A stretch of DNA of 64,000 nt from Eledone cirrhosa (lineage: Eukaryota), in contig OZ024743.1 in the NCBI GenBank assembly GCA_964016885.1, positions 374,604,001-374,668,000 of the forward strand, given 5' to 3'. The translations under genes and the position numbers were made by a program. Below the pieces are notes generated by a model. That model did no database searches. It was not told where the DNA came from and was given only the letters and a program-made list of their open reading frames with translations. The number at the start of each line of letters is the position of its first letter. Position 1 is the first letter of the stretch. Positions 23,410 to 40,400 of this stretch are shown in pieces.

Positions 23410-23619
23410 AAACGAAGAGTGATAAAATTTCAAGCAAAGAGTTTAATTAGGTAATGACTTACAAATTTGTTTCAGTATATAGACAAAGCCTGAAGCGCTA
23501 ATTATAATAATTAGTTAATAATATTACAAAATATATTAATATTATATTAAATATATACTGAAACAAATTTGTAAGTCATTACCTAATTAAACTCTTTGCT
23601 TGAAATTTTATCATTCTTC

Positions 23620-23623
<4 letters not shown>
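23410..23623. repeat. Inverted repeat, ~72-bp arms, ~70-bp spacer
   Basis: 23410-23481 is the reverse complement of 23552-23623 (1 mismatch); the right end abuts (TA)n. Confidence 0.8.
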
Positions 23624-23690
<67 letters not shown>

Positions 23691-24301
23691 TTTATCTAGT
23701 CCTTCGCTCAAGATTAATCTATAAGTTTAGATGTCTGCCTTCGTTTAAGTAAATATTACAGTAAGATTTTTAATATAAACAATTACAAAAAGCAATTAAT
23801 ATTAAAACGAAAAAATTATCAATGATAAAAGAAGCGGATGCAACTTTTTTTTTTATAAAGTTATATTCCTGTTACATTTCATTTTTGTTCTATTGTAGGC
23901 GAAATAATGCAATGGTTTAATAGGGAAGATATAACTTACCAATTATGTCTCTAACCGTGTAACGCTTTTTAAGTAGATAACTACAATTGAAAATACTAAA
24001 GAAATGGAACCAACAATTCAATTTGAAAGTCGTCTACTTATAGTGACAGTGTATTACTGGTACTTTATTTTATCGACCCCGTAACGATGAAAGGCAAAAA
24101 TGCAAATGCTTAAAATTTAAATTGCCTTAATTCTATCGTCTGCTGTTTCATTAAAGGGAGATTCTCGTCTGTATTTAATTCTATCGTCTACTGTTCCACT
24201 AAACAGATATACCTCCACTATCGTCTATATTTATACATTTTAACTTATAACTTATACACATTTGATTTGAAATATTTTATCTAGTCCCCCCTCTCAATAT
24301 T

Positions 24302-24350
24302 ATGATGATTTCTTTCGAATGAAACAGTTCTAGTCCTGTAGAAGCCATTT
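24302..24350 (+). ncRNA. Family A hammerhead copy, C3 and 5' stem I lost
   Basis: aTGATGA-tttctttcgaat-GAAACAG-ttctagtc-CTGTA-GAAGCC. Confidence 0.5.
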
Positions 24351-24729
24351 ATATATATAATTGAACTGAGTTAAAAATTCACAATATTTATAATTAAATA
24401 AGCTCATATATATATGTGTGTATTTATCTGTTTATTGTATTATATATAATGTGTGTATATACAGAATGTCCCCCCAAAATATATACACACTTCAACAGCA
24501 TTCTAATAACTATTGCCTGTACAGGTAATCAAAGTGTCAATCGAATGTTAGTTTCGTGTTTTAACAGTACAAATTTACAATACACACATAAAACCAGTGT
24601 ATATACATACATGAGTGTGTATACACATACATGAATGTGTATATACAATATATATGTATATATATATAGACACATATATTCACGGTGCAACGGAACATTA
24701 AAATATAGATGCGGGGGGGGGGCGTGTAT

Positions 24730-25080
24730 ATATAGGGGCGCTGGGGATAAAGGAGTGTAAAGCGTAAGTGTGTAATTGATATATTGAAGGAGAGGAGCGT
24801 GCAGCGATAGAGTAACAAATATATAGAGAGGGGGAGAGATGGTATTGAAGGGGAGGAGTGCAAAGCGAAAGAGTAAGAGAGATATATATAGAGACGGAAC
24901 AGATAGAGAGAAACAGGCGTAAGTAACAGTGGAAGAGATATAGAGAGAGGGGGTAATAAATAAGTGGAAATATAAGTGTAACAGTATAAGAGATATATAG
25001 AGAGGGGGAAATGTGTTATTGAAGGGGAGGAGTGTAAAGCGAAAGCGTAAGATATATATATAGAGAGGGGGAATAGTATA
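24730..25080. repeat. Degenerate purine-rich tandem repeats
   Basis: Recurrent gaaggggaggagtg(t/c)aaagcg...atatatagagagggg units. Confidence 0.6.
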
Positions 25081-25402
25081 TATATATATATATATATATC
25101 AACACTTACTCTGATTGGTTGAAAATTAGCCAATGACATACGATCACCACCACCACGGCTATCCCCGGAAAATTTATGAAGAAGTTACGCATATATGTTA
25201 GAACATGAAAAGTGAACATTCTGTTGTTTCACACTTTTCGTGTTCTAACAGATATACATACTTCATATTATAGTAGTAATACTTATATATGCATGGGTGT
25301 GTATGCATGTGCGTTAAACTGTAAAGAAATGTGTAGCATTAGTTGTGGAGGCAGAGTTGACTGAAACGACGTAAACATTTCAACATGTTAACTATGTAAC
25401 AT

Positions 25403-28400
25403 TATACATCACATCTCTGTCTGTGTGTCTACAACAATAGACACTGCTACGTCATAGTCAATATACATCACATCTCTGTCCACAACAATAGACACTGCTA
25501 CGTCATAGTCAATATACATCACATCTCTGTCTACAACAATAGACCCTGCTACGTCATAGTCAATATACATCACATCTCTGTCCACAACAATAGACACTGC
25601 TACGTCATAGTCAATATACATCACATCTCTGTCTACAACAATAGACACTGCTACGTCATAGTCAATATACATCACATCTCTGTCTGTGTGTCTACAACAA
25701 TAGACACTGCTACGTCATAGTCAATATACATCACATCACTGTCTGTGTGTCTACAACAATAGACACTGCTACGTCATAGTCAATATACATCACATCACTG
25801 TCTACAAAAATAGACACTGCTACATCATAGTCAATATACATAATATCTCTGTCTACAACAATAGACACTGCTACGTCATAGTCAATATACATCACATCTC
25901 TGTCTACAATAGACACTGCTACGTCATAGTCAATATACATCACATCTCTGTCTACAACAATAGACACTGCTACGTCATAGTCAATATACATCAAATCTCT
26001 GTCTACAACAATAGACACTGCTACGTCATAGTCAATATACATCAAATCTCTGTCTACAACAATAGACACTGTTACGTCATAGTCAATATACATCACATCT
26101 CTGTCTACAACAAAAGACACTGCTACGTCATAGTCAATATACATCACAGCTCTGTCTACAACAATAGACACTGCTACGTCATAGTCAATATACATCACAT
26201 CTCTGTCTACAACTATAGACACTGCTACGTCATAGTCAATATACATCACATCTCTGTCTACAACAAAAGACACTGCTACGTCATAGTCAATATACATCAC
26301 AGCTCTGTCTACAACAATAGGCACTGCTACGTCATAGTCAATATACATCACATCTCTGTCTACAACAATAGACAATGCTACGTCATAGTCAATATGCATC
26401 ACATCTCTGTCTACAACAATAGACAATGCTACGTCATAGTCAATATACATCACATCTCTGTCTGTGTGTCTACAACAATAGACACTGCTACGTCATAGTC
26501 AATATACATCACATCTCTGTCTGTGTGTCTACAACAATAGACACTGCTACGTCATAGTCAATATACATCACATCTCTGTCTGTGTGTCTACAACAATAGA
26601 CAATGCTACGTCATAGTCAATATACATCACATCTCTGTCTACAACAATAGACAATGCTACGTCATAGTCAATATACATCACATCTCTGTCTACAACAATA
26701 GACACTGCTACGTCATAGTCAATATACATCACATCTCTGTCTGTGTGTCTACAACAATAGACACTGCTACGTCATAGTCAATATACATCACATCTCTGTC
26801 TGTGTGTCTACAACAATAGACACTGCTACGTCATAGTCAATATACATCACATCTCTGTCTGTGTGTCTACAACAATAGACAATGCTACGTCATAGTCAAT
26901 ATACATCACATCTCTGTCTGTGTGTCTACAACAATAGACACTGCTACGTCATAGTCAATATACATCACATCTCTGTCTGTGTGTCTACAACAATAGACAC
27001 TGCTACGTCATAGTCAATATACATCATATCTCTGTCCACAACAATAGACACTGCTACGTCATAGTCAATATACATCACATCTCTGTCTGTGTGTCTACAA
27101 CAATAGACACTGCTACGTCATAGTCAATATACATCACATCTCTGTCTGTGTGTCTACAACAATAGACAATGCTACGTCATAGTCAATATACATCACATCT
27201 CTGTCTACAACAATAGACAATGCTACGTCATAGTCAATATACATCACATCTCTGTCTACAACAATAGACACTGCTACGTCATAGTCAATATACATCACAT
27301 CTCTGTCTGTGTGTCTACAACAATAGACACTGCTACGTCATAGTCAATATACATCACATCTCTGTCTGTGTGTCTACAACAATAGACACTGCTACGTCAT
27401 AGTCAATATACATCACATCTCTGTCTGTGTGTCTACAACAATAGACAATGCTACGTCATAGTCAATATACATCACATCTCTGTCTGTGTGTCTACAACAA
27501 TAGACACTGCTACGTCATAGTCAATATACATCACATCTCTGTCTGTGTGTCTACAACAATAGACACTGCTACGTCATAGTCAATATACATCATATCTCTG
27601 TCCACAACAATAGACACTGCTACGTCATAGTCAATATACATCACATCTCTGTCTACAACAATAGACACTGCTACGTCATAGTCAATATACATCACATCTC
27701 TGTCTACAACAATAGACACTGCTACGTCATAGTCAATATACATCACATCTCTGTCCACAACAATAGACACTGCTACGTCATAGTCAATATACATCACATC
27801 TCTGTCTACAACAATAGACACTGCTACGTCATAGTCAATATACATCACATCTCTGTCTGTGTGTCTACAACAATAGACACTGCTACGTCATAGTCAATAT
27901 ACATCACAACACTGTCTGTGTGTCTACAACAATAGACACTGCTACGTCATAGTCAATATACATCACATCTCTGTCTACAACAATAGACACTGCTACGTCA
28001 TAGTCAATATACATCACATCTCTGTCTGTGTGTCTACAACAATAGACACTGCTACGTCATAGTCAATATACATCACATCACTGTCTACAAAAATAGACAC
28101 TGCTACGTCATAGTCAATATACATAATATCTCTGTCTACAACAATAGACACTGCTACGTCATAGTCAATATACATCACATCTCTGTCTACAACAATAGAC
28201 ACTGCTACGTCATAGTCAATATATATCACATCTCTGTCTACAATAGACACTGCTACGTCATAGTCAATATACATCACATCTCTGTCTACAACAATAGACA
28301 CTGCTACGTCATAGTCAATATACATCAAATCTCTGTCTACAACAATAGACACTGCTACGTCATAGTCAATATACATCACATCTCTGTCTACAACTATAGA

Positions 28401-31400
28401 CACTGCTACGTCATAGTCAATATACATCACATCTCTGTCTACAACAATAGACACTGCTACGTCATAGTCAATATACATCACAGCTCTGTCTACAACAATA
28501 GACACTGCTACGTCATAGTCAATATACATCACATCTCTGTCTACAACAATAGACAATGCTACGTCATAGTCAATATACATCACATCTGTGTCTACAACAA
28601 TAGACAATGCTACGTCATAGTCAATATACATCACATCTCTGTCTACAACAATAGACACTGCTACGTCATAGTCAATATACGTCACATCTCTGTCTACAAC
28701 TATAGACACTGCTACGTCATAGTCAATATACATCACATCTCTGTCTACAACAATAGACAATGCTACGTCATAGTCAATATACATCACATCTCTGTCTACA
28801 ACAATAGACACTGCTACGTCATAGTCAATATACATCACATCTCTGTCCACAACAATAGACACTGCTACGTCATAGTCAATATACATCACATCTCTGTCTA
28901 CAACAATAGACCCTGCTACGTCATAGTCAATATACATCACATCTCTGTCCACAACAATAGACACTGCTACGTCATAGTCAATATACATCACATCTCTGTC
29001 TACAACAATAGACACTGCTCCGTCATAGTCAATATACATCACATCTCTGTCTGTGTGTCTACAACAATAGACACTGCTACGTCATAGTCAATATACATCA
29101 CATCACTGTCTGTGTGTCTACAACAATAGACACTGCTACGTCATAGTCAATATACATCACATCACTGTCTACAAAAATAGACACTGCTACATCATAGTCA
29201 ATATACATAATATCTCTGTCTACAACAATAGACACTGCTACGTCATAGTCAATATACATCACATCTCTGTCTACAATAGACACTGCTACGTCATAGTCAA
29301 TATACATCACATCTCTGTCTACAACAATAGACACTGCTACGTCATAGTCAATATACATCAAATCTCTGTCTACAACAATAGACACTGCTACGTCATAGTC
29401 AATATACATCACATCTCTGTCTACAACAATAGACACTGCTACGTCATAGTCAATATACATCAAATCTCTGTCTACAACAATAGACACTGTTACGTCATAG
29501 TCAATATACATCACATCTCTGTCTACAACAAAAGACACTGCTACGTCATAGTCAATATACATCACAGCTCTGTCTACAACAATAGACACTGCTACGTCAT
29601 AGTCAATATACATCACATCTCTGTCTACAACTATAGACACTGCTACGTCATAGTCAATATACATCACATCTCTGTCTACAACAAAAGACACTGCTACGTC
29701 ATAGTCAATATACATCACAGCTCTGTCTACAACAATAGGCACTGCTACGTCATAGTCAATATACATCACATCTCTGTCTACAACAATAGACAATGCTACG
29801 TCATAGTCAATATGCATCACATCTCTGTCTACAACAATAGACAATGCTACGTCATAGTCAATATACATCACATCTCTGTCTGTGTGTCTACAAAAATAGA
29901 CACTGCTACGTCATAGTCAATATACATCACATCTCTGTCTGTGTGTCTACAACAATAGACACTGCTACGTCATAGACAATATACATCACATCTCTGTCTG
30001 TGTGTCTACAACAATAGACAATGCTACGTCATAGTCAATATACATCACATCTCTGTCTACAACAATAGACAATGCTACGTCATAGTCAATATACATCACA
30101 TCTCTGTCTACAACAATAGACACTGCTACGTCATAGTCAATATACATCACATCTCTGTCTGTGTGTCTACAACAATAGACACTGCTACGTCATAGTCAAT
30201 ATACATCACATCTCTGTCTGTGTGTCTACAACAATAGACACTGCTACGTCATAGTCAATATACATCACATCTCTGTCTGTGTGTCTACAACAATAGACAA
30301 TGCTACGTCATAGTCAATATACATCACATCTCTGTCTGTGTGTCTACAACAATAGACACTGCTACGTCATAGTCAATATACATCACATCTCTGTCTGTGT
30401 GTCTACAACAATAGACACTGCTACGTCATAGTCAATATACATCATATCTCTGTCCACAACAATAGACACTGCTACGTCATAGTCAATATACATCACATCT
30501 CTGTCTACAACAATAGACACTGCTACGTCATAGTCAATATACAACACATCTCTGTCTACAACAATAGACACTGCTACGTCATAGTCAATATACATCACAT
30601 CTCTGTCCACAACAATAGACACTGCTACGTCATAGTCAATATACATCACATCTCTGTCTACAACAATAGACACTGCTACGTCATAGTCAATATACATCAC
30701 ATCTCTGTCTGTGTGTCTACAACAATAGACACTGCTACGTCATAGTCAATATACATCACAACACTGTCTGTGTGTCTACAACAATAGACACTGCTACGTC
30801 ATAGTCAATATACATCACATCTCTGTCTACAACAATAGACACTGCTACGTCATAGTCAATATACATCACATCTCTGTCTGTGTGTCTACAACAATAGACA
30901 CTGCTACGTCATAGTCAATATACATCACATCACTGTCTACAAAAATAGACACTGCTACGTCATAGTCAATATACATAATATCTCTGTCTACAACAATAGA
31001 CACTGCTACGTCATAGTCAATATACATCACATCTCTGTCTACAACAATAGACACTGCTACGTCATAGTCAATATATATCACATCTCTGTCTACAATAGAC
31101 ACTGCTACGTCATAGTCAATATACATCACATCTCTGTCTACAACAATAGACACTGCTACGTCATAGTCAATATACATCAAATCTCTGTCTACAACAATAG
31201 ACACTGCTACGTCATAGTCAATATACATCACATCTCTGTCTACAACTATAGACACTGCTACGTCATAGTCAATATACATCACATCTCTGTCTACAACAAT
31301 AGACACTGCTACGTCATAGTCAATATACATCACAGCTCTGTCTACAACAATAGACACTGCTACGTCATAGTCAATATACATCACATCTCTGTCTACAACA

Positions 31401-34400
31401 ATAGACAATGCTACGTCATAGTCAATATACATCACATCTGTGTCTACAACAATAGACAATGCTACGTCATAGTCAATATACATCACATCTCTGTCTACAA
31501 CAATAGACACTGCTACGTCATAGTCAATATACGTCACATCTCTGTCTACAACTATAGACACTGCTACGTCATAGTCAATATACATCACATCTCTGTCTAC
31601 AACAATAGACAATGCTACGTCATAGTCAATATACATCACATCTCTGTCTACAACAATAGACACTGCTACGTCATAGTCAATATACATCACATCTCTGTCT
31701 ACAACAATAGACACTGCTACGTCATAGTCAATATACATCACATCTCTGTCAGTGTGTCTACAACAATAGACACTGATACGTCATAGTCAATATACATCAC
31801 ATCTCTGTCTACAACAATAGACACTGCTACGTCATAGTCAATATACATCACATCTCTGTCTACAACAATAGAAACTGCTACGTCATAGTCAATATACATC
31901 ACATCTCTGTCTGTGTGTCTACAACAATAGACACTGCTACGTCATAGTCAATATACATCACATCTCTGTCCACAACAATAGACACTGCTACGTCATAGTC
32001 AATATACATCACATCTCTGTCTACAACAATAGACCCTGCTACGTCATAGTCAATATACATCACATCTCTGTCTACAACAATAGACACTGCTACGTCATAG
32101 TCAATATACATCACATCTCTGTCTACAACAATAGACACTGCTACGCCATAGTCAATATACATCGCATCTCTGTCTGTGTGTCTACAACAATAGACACTGC
32201 TACGTCATAGTCAATATACATCACATCACTGTATGTGTGTCTACAACAATAGACACTGCTACGTCATAGTCAATATACATCACATCACTGTCTACAAAAA
32301 TAGACACTGCTACATCATAGTCAATATACATAACATCTCTGTCTACAACAATAGACGCTGCTACGTCATAGTCAATATACATCACATCTCTGTCTAAAAT
32401 AGACACTGCTACGTCATAGTCAATATACATCACATCTCTGTCTATAACAATAGACACTGCTACGTCATAGTCAATATATATCACATCTCTGTCTACAATA
32501 GACACTGCTACGTCATAGTCAATATACATCACATCTCTGTCTACATCAATAGACACTGCTACGTCATAGTCAATATACATCAAATCTCTGTCTACAACAA
32601 TAGACACTGCTACGTCATAGTCAATATACATCACATCTCTGTCTACAACTATAGGCACTGCTACGTCATAGTCAATATACATCACATCTCTGTCTACAAC
32701 AATAGACACTGCTACGTCATAGTCAATATACATCACATCTCTGTCTACAACTATAGACACTGCTACGTCATAGTCAATATACATCACATCTCTGTCTACA
32801 ACAATAGACACTGCTACGTCATAGTCAATATACATCACATCTCTGTCTACAACAATAGACACTGCTACGTCATAGTCAATATACATCACATCTCTGTCTG
32901 TGTGTCTACAACAATATACACTGCTACGTCATAGTCAATATACATCATATCTCTGTCCACAACAATAGACACTGCTACGTCATAGTCAATATACATCACA
33001 TCTCTGTCTACAACAATAGACCCTGCTACGTCATAGTCAATATACATCACATCTCTGTCTACAACAATAGACACTGCTACGTCATAGTCAATATACATCA
33101 CATCTCTGTCTACAACAATAGACACTGCTACGTCATAGTCAATATACATCACATCTCTGTCTGTGTGTCTACAACAATAAACACTGCTACGTCATAGTCA
33201 ATATACATCACATCACTGTCTGTGTGTCTACAACAATAGACACTGCTACGTCATAGTCAATATACATCACATCACTGTCTACAAAAATAGACACTGCTAC
33301 GTCATAGTCAATATACATAACATCTCTGACTACAACAATAGACACTGCTACCTCATAGTCAATATACATCACATCTCTGACTACAACAATAGACACTGAT
33401 ACGTCATAGTCAATATACATAACATCTCTGACTACAACAATAGACACTGCTACCTCATAGTCAATATACATCACATCTCTGTCTAGAATAGACACTGCTA
33501 CGTCATAGTCAATATATATCACATCTCTGTCTACAATAGACACTGCTACGTCATAGTCAATATACATCACATCTCTGTCTGTGTGTCTACAACAATAGAC
33601 ACTGCTACGTCATAGTCAATATACATCACATCTCTGTCTACAACAATAGACACTGCTACGTCATAGTCAATATACATCACATCTCTGTCTACAACAATAG
33701 AAACTGCTACGTCATAGTCAATATACATCACATCTCTGTCTGTGTGTCTACAACAATAGACACTGCTACGTCATAGTCAATATACATCACATCTCTGTCC
33801 ACAACAATAGACACTGCTACGTCATAGTCAATATACATCACATCTCTGTCTACAACAATAGACCCTGCTACGTCATAGTCAATATACATCACATCTCTGT
33901 CTACAACAATAGACACTGCTACGTCATAGTCAATATACATCACATCTCTGTCCACAACAATAGACACTGCTACGTCATAGTCAATATACATCACATATCT
34001 GTCTACAACAATAGACACTGCTACGTCATAGTCAATATACGTCACATCTCTGTCCACAACAATAGACACTTCTACGTCATAGTCAATATACATCACATCT
34101 CTGTCTACAACTATAGACACTGCTACGTCATAGTCAATATACATCACATCTCTGTCTACAACTATAGACACTGCTACGTCATAGTTCATTTACATCACAT
34201 CTCTGTCTACAACAATAGACACTGCTACGTCATAGTCAATATACATCACATCTCTGTCTACAACAAAAGACACTGCTACGTCATAGTCAATATACATCAC
34301 AGCTCTGTCTACAACAATAGACACTGCTACGTCATAGTCAATATACATCACATCTCTGTCTACAACTATAGACACTGCTACGTCATAGTCAATATACATC

Positions 34401-37400
34401 ACATCTCTGTCTACAACAAAAGACACTGCTACGTCATAGTCAATATACATCACAGCTCTGTCTACAACAATAGGCACTGCTACGTCATAGTCAATATACA
34501 TCACATCTCTGTCTACAACAATAGACAATGCTACGTCATAGTCAATATGCATCACATCTCTGTCTACAACAATAGACAATGCTACGTCATAGTCAATATA
34601 CATCACATCTCTGTCTGTGTGTCTACAACAATAGACACTGCTACGTCATAGTCAATATACATCACATCTCTGTCTGTGTGTCTACAACAATAGACACTGC
34701 TACGTCATAGTCAATATACATCACATCTCTGTCTGTGTGTCTACAACAATAGACAATGCTACGTCATAGTCAATATACATCACATCTCTGTCTACAACAA
34801 TAGACAATGCTACGTCATAGTCAATATACATCACATCTCTGTCTACAACAATAGACACTGCTACGTCATAGTCAATATACATCACATCTCTGTCTGTGTG
34901 TCTACAACAATAGACACTGCTACGTCATAGTCAATATACATCACATCTCTGTCTGTGTGTCTACAACAATAGACACTGCTACGTCATAGTCAATATACAT
35001 CACATCTCTGTCTGTGTGTCTACAACAATAGACAATGCTACGTCATAGTCAATATACATCACATCTCTGTCTGTGTGTCTACAACAATAGACACTGCTAC
35101 GTCATAGTCAATATACATCACATCTCTGTCTGTGTGTCTACAACAATAGACACTGCTACGTCATAGTCAATATACATCATATCTCTGTCCACAACAATAG
35201 ACACTGCTACGTCATAGTCAATATACATCACATCTCTGTCTACAACAATAGACACTGCTACGTCATAGTCAATATACATCACATCTCTGTCTACAACAAT
35301 AGACACTGCTACGTCATAGTCAATATACATCACATCTCTGTCCACAACAATAGACACTGCTACGTCATAGTCAATATACATCACATCTCTGTCTACAACA
35401 ATAGACACTGCTACGTCATAGTCAATATACATCACATCTCTGTCTGTGTGTCTACAACAATAGACACTGCTACGTCATAGTCAATATACATCACAACACT
35501 GTCTGTGTGTCTACAACAATAGACACTGCTACGTCATAGTCAATATACATCACATCTCTGTCTACAACAATAGACACTGCTACGTCATAGTCAATATACA
35601 TCACATCTCTGTCTGTGTGTCTACAACAATAGACACTGCTACGTCATAGTCAATATACATCACATCACTGTCTACAAAAATAGACACTGCTACGTCATAG
35701 TCAATATACATAATATCTCTGTCTACAACAATAGACACTGCTACGTCATAGTCAATATACATCACATCTCTGTCTACAACAATAGACACTGCTACGTCAT
35801 AGTCAATATATATCACATCTCTGTCTACAATAGACACTGCTACGTCATAGTCAATATACATCACATCTCTGTCTACAACAATAGACACTGCTACGTCATA
35901 GTCAATATACATCAAATCTCTGTCTACAACAATAGACACTGCTACGTCATAGTCAATATACATCACATCTCTGTCTACAACTATAGACACTGCTACGTCA
36001 TAGTCAATATACATCACATCTCTGTCTACAACAATAGACACTGCTACGTCATAGTCAATATACATCACAGCTCTGTCTACAACAATAGACACTGCTACGT
36101 CATAGTCAATATACATCACATCTCTGTCTACAACAATAGACAATGCTACGTCATAGTCAATATACATCACATCTGTGTCTACAACAATAGACAATGCTAC
36201 GTCATAGTCAATATACATCACATCTCTGTCTACAACAATAGACACTGCTACGTCATAGTCAATATACGTCACATCTCTGTCTACAACTATAGACACTGCT
36301 ACGTCATAGTCAATATACATCACATCTCTGTCTACAACAATAGACAATGCTACGTCATAGTCAATATACATCACATCTCTGTCTACAACAATAGACACTG
36401 CTACGTCATAGTCAATATACATCACATCTCTGTCTACAACAATAGACACTGCTACGTCATAGTCAATATACATCACATCTCTGTCAGTGTGTCTACAACA
36501 ATAGACACTGATACGTCATAGTCAATATACATCACATCTCTGTCTACAACAATAGACACTGCTACGTCATAGTCAATATACATCACATCTCTGTCTACAA
36601 CAATAGAAACTGCTACGTCATAGTCAATATACATCACATCTCTGTCTGTGTGTCTACAACAATAGACACTGCTACGTCATAGTCAATATACATCACATCT
36701 CTGTCCACAACAATAGACACTGCTACGTCATAGTCAATATACATCACATCTCTGTCTACAACAATAGACCCTGCTACGTCATAGTCAATATACATCACAT
36801 CTCTGTCTACAACAATAGACACTGCTACGTCATAGTCAATATACATCACATCTCTGTCTACAACAATAGACACTGCTACGCCATAGTCAATATACATCGC
36901 ATCTCTGTCTGTGTGTCTACAACAATAGACACTGCTACGTCATAGTCAATATACATCACATCACTGTATGTGTGTCTACAACAATAGACACTGCTACGTC
37001 ATAGTCAATATACATCACATCACTGTCTACAAAAATAGACACTGCTACATCATAGTCAATATACATAACATCTCTGTCTACAACAATAGACGCTGCTACG
37101 TCATAGTCAATATACATCACATCTCTGTCTAAAATAGACACTGCTACGTCATAGTCAATATACATCACATCTCTGTCTATAACAATAGACACTGCTACGT
37201 CATAGTCAATATATATCACATCTCTGTCTACAATAGACACTGCTACGTCATAGTCAATATACATCACATCTCTGTCTACATCAATAGACACTGCTACGTC
37301 ATAGTCAATATACATCAAATCTCTGTCTACAACAATAGACACTGCTACGTCATAGTCAATATACATCACATCTCTGTCTACAACTATAGGCACTGCTACG

Positions 37401-40400
37401 TCATAGTCAATATACATCACATCTCTGTCTACAACAATAGACACTGCTACGTCATAGTCAATATACATCACATCTCTGTCTACAACTATAGACACTGCTA
37501 CGTCATAGTCAATATACATCACATCTCTGTCTACAACAATAGACACTGCTACGTCATAGTCAATATACATCACATCTCTGTCTACAACAATAGACACTGC
37601 TACGTCATAGTCAATATACATCACATCTCTGTCTGTGTGTCTACAACAATATACACTGCTACGTCATAGTCAATATACATCATATCTCTGTCCACAACAA
37701 TAGACACTGCTACGTCATAGTCAATATACATCACATCTCTGTCTACAACAATAGACCCTGCTACGTCATAGTCAATATACATCACATCTCTGTCTACAAC
37801 AATAGACACTGCTACGTCATAGTCAATATACATCACATCTCTGTCTACAACAATAGACACTGCTACGTCATAGTCAATATACATCACATCTCTGTCTGTG
37901 TGTCTACAACAATAGACACTGCTACGTCATAGTCAATATACATCACATCACTGTCTGTGTGTCTACAACAATAGACACTGCTACGTCATAGTCAATATAC
38001 ATCACATCACTGTCTACAAAAATAGACACTGCTACGTCATAGTCAATATACATAACATCTCTGACTACAACAATAGACACTGCTACCTCATAGTCAATAT
38101 ACATCACATCTCTGACTACAACAATAGACACTGATACGTCATAGTCAATATACATAACATCTCTGACTACAACAATAGACACTGCTACCTCATAGTCAAT
38201 ATACATCACATCTCTGTCTAGAATAGACACTGCTACGTCATAGTCAATATATATCACATCTCTGTCTACAATAGACACTGCTACGTCATAGTCAATATAC
38301 ATCACATCTCTGTCTGTGTGTCTACAACAATAGACACTGCTACGTCATAGTCAATATACATCACATCTCTGTCTACAACAATAGACACTGCTACGTCATA
38401 GTCAATATACATCACATCTCTGTCTACAACAATAGAAACTGCTACGTCATAGTCAATATACATCACATCTCTGTCTGTGTGTCTACAACAATAGACACTG
38501 CTACGTCATAGTCAATATACATCACATCTCTGTCCACAACAATAGACACTGCTACGTCATAGTCAATATACATCACATCTCTGTCTACAACAATAGACCC
38601 TGCTACGTCATAGTCAATATACATCACATCTCTGTCTACAACAATAGACACTGCTACGTCATAGTCAATATACATCACATCTCTGTCCACAACAATAGAC
38701 ACTGCAACGTCATAGTCAATATACATCACATATCTGTCTACAACAATAGACACTGCTACGTCATAGTCAATATACGTCACATCTCTGTCCACAACAATAG
38801 ACACTTCTACGTCATAGTCAATATACATCACATCTCTGTCTACAACTATAGACACTGCTACGTCATAGTCAATATACATCACATCTCTGTCTACAACTAT
38901 AGACACTGCTACGTCATAGTTCATTTACATCACATCTCTGTCTACAACAATAGACACTGCTACGTCATAGTCAATATACATCACATCTCTGTCTACAACA
39001 ATAGACACTGTTACGTCATAGTCAATATACATCACATCTCTTTCTACAACTATAGACAATGCTACGTCATAGTCAATATACATCACATCTCTATCTACAA
39101 CAATAGACGCTACTTCGTCATAGTCAATATACATCACATCTCTGTCTACAACAATAGACACTGCTACGTCATAGTCAATATACATCACATCTCTGTCTAC
39201 AACAATAGACACTTCTACGTCATAGTCAATATACATCACATCTCTGTCTACAACTATAGACACTGCTACGTCATAGTCAATATACATCACATCTCTGTCT
39301 ACAACTATAGACACTGCTACGTCATAGTTCATTTACATCACATCTCTGTCTACAACAATAGACACTGCTACGTCATAGTCAATATACATCACATCTCTGT
39401 CTACAACAATAGACACTGTTACGTCATAGTCAATATACATCACATCTCTTTCTACAACAATAGACAATGCTACGTCATAGTCAATATACATCACATCTCT
39501 ATCTACAACAATAGACGCTACTTCGTCATAGTCAATATACATCACATCTCTGTCTACACCAATAGACACTGCTACGTCATAGTCAATATACATCACATCT
39601 CTGTCTACAACAATAGACACTGCTACGTCATAGTCAATTTACATCACATCTCTGTCCACAACAATAGGCACTGCTACGTCATAGTCAATATACATCACAT
39701 CTCTGTCTACAACAATAGACACTGCTACGTCATAGTCAATATACATCACATCTCTGTCCACAACAATAGATACTGCTACGTCTTATTCAATATACATCAT
39801 ATCTCTGTCTACAACAATAGACACTGCTACGTCATAGTCAATATACATCACATCTCTGTCCACAACAATAGATACTGCTACGTCTTATTCAATATACATC
39901 ACATCTCTGTCTACAACAATAGACACTGCTACATCATAGTCAATATACATCACATCTCTGTCTACAATAGACAATGCTTCGTCATAGTCAATATACATCA
40001 CATCTCTGTCTACAACAATAGACACTGCTACGTCATAGTCAATATACATCACATCTCTGTCTACAACAATAGACACTCCTATGTCATAGTCAATTTACAT
40101 CACTTCTCTGTCCACAACAATAGACACTGTTACGTCATAGTCAATATACATCACATCTCTGTCTACAACAAAAGACACTGCTACGCCATAGTCAATATAC
40201 ATCATATCTCTGTCTACAACAATAGACACTGCTACGTCATAGTCAATATACATCACATCTCTGTCTACAACAATAGACACTGTTACGTCATTGTCAATAT
40301 ACATCACATCTCTGTCTGTGTGTCTACAACAATAGACACTGCTACGTCATAGTCAATATACATCACATCTCTGTCTACAACAATAGACACTGCTACGTCA

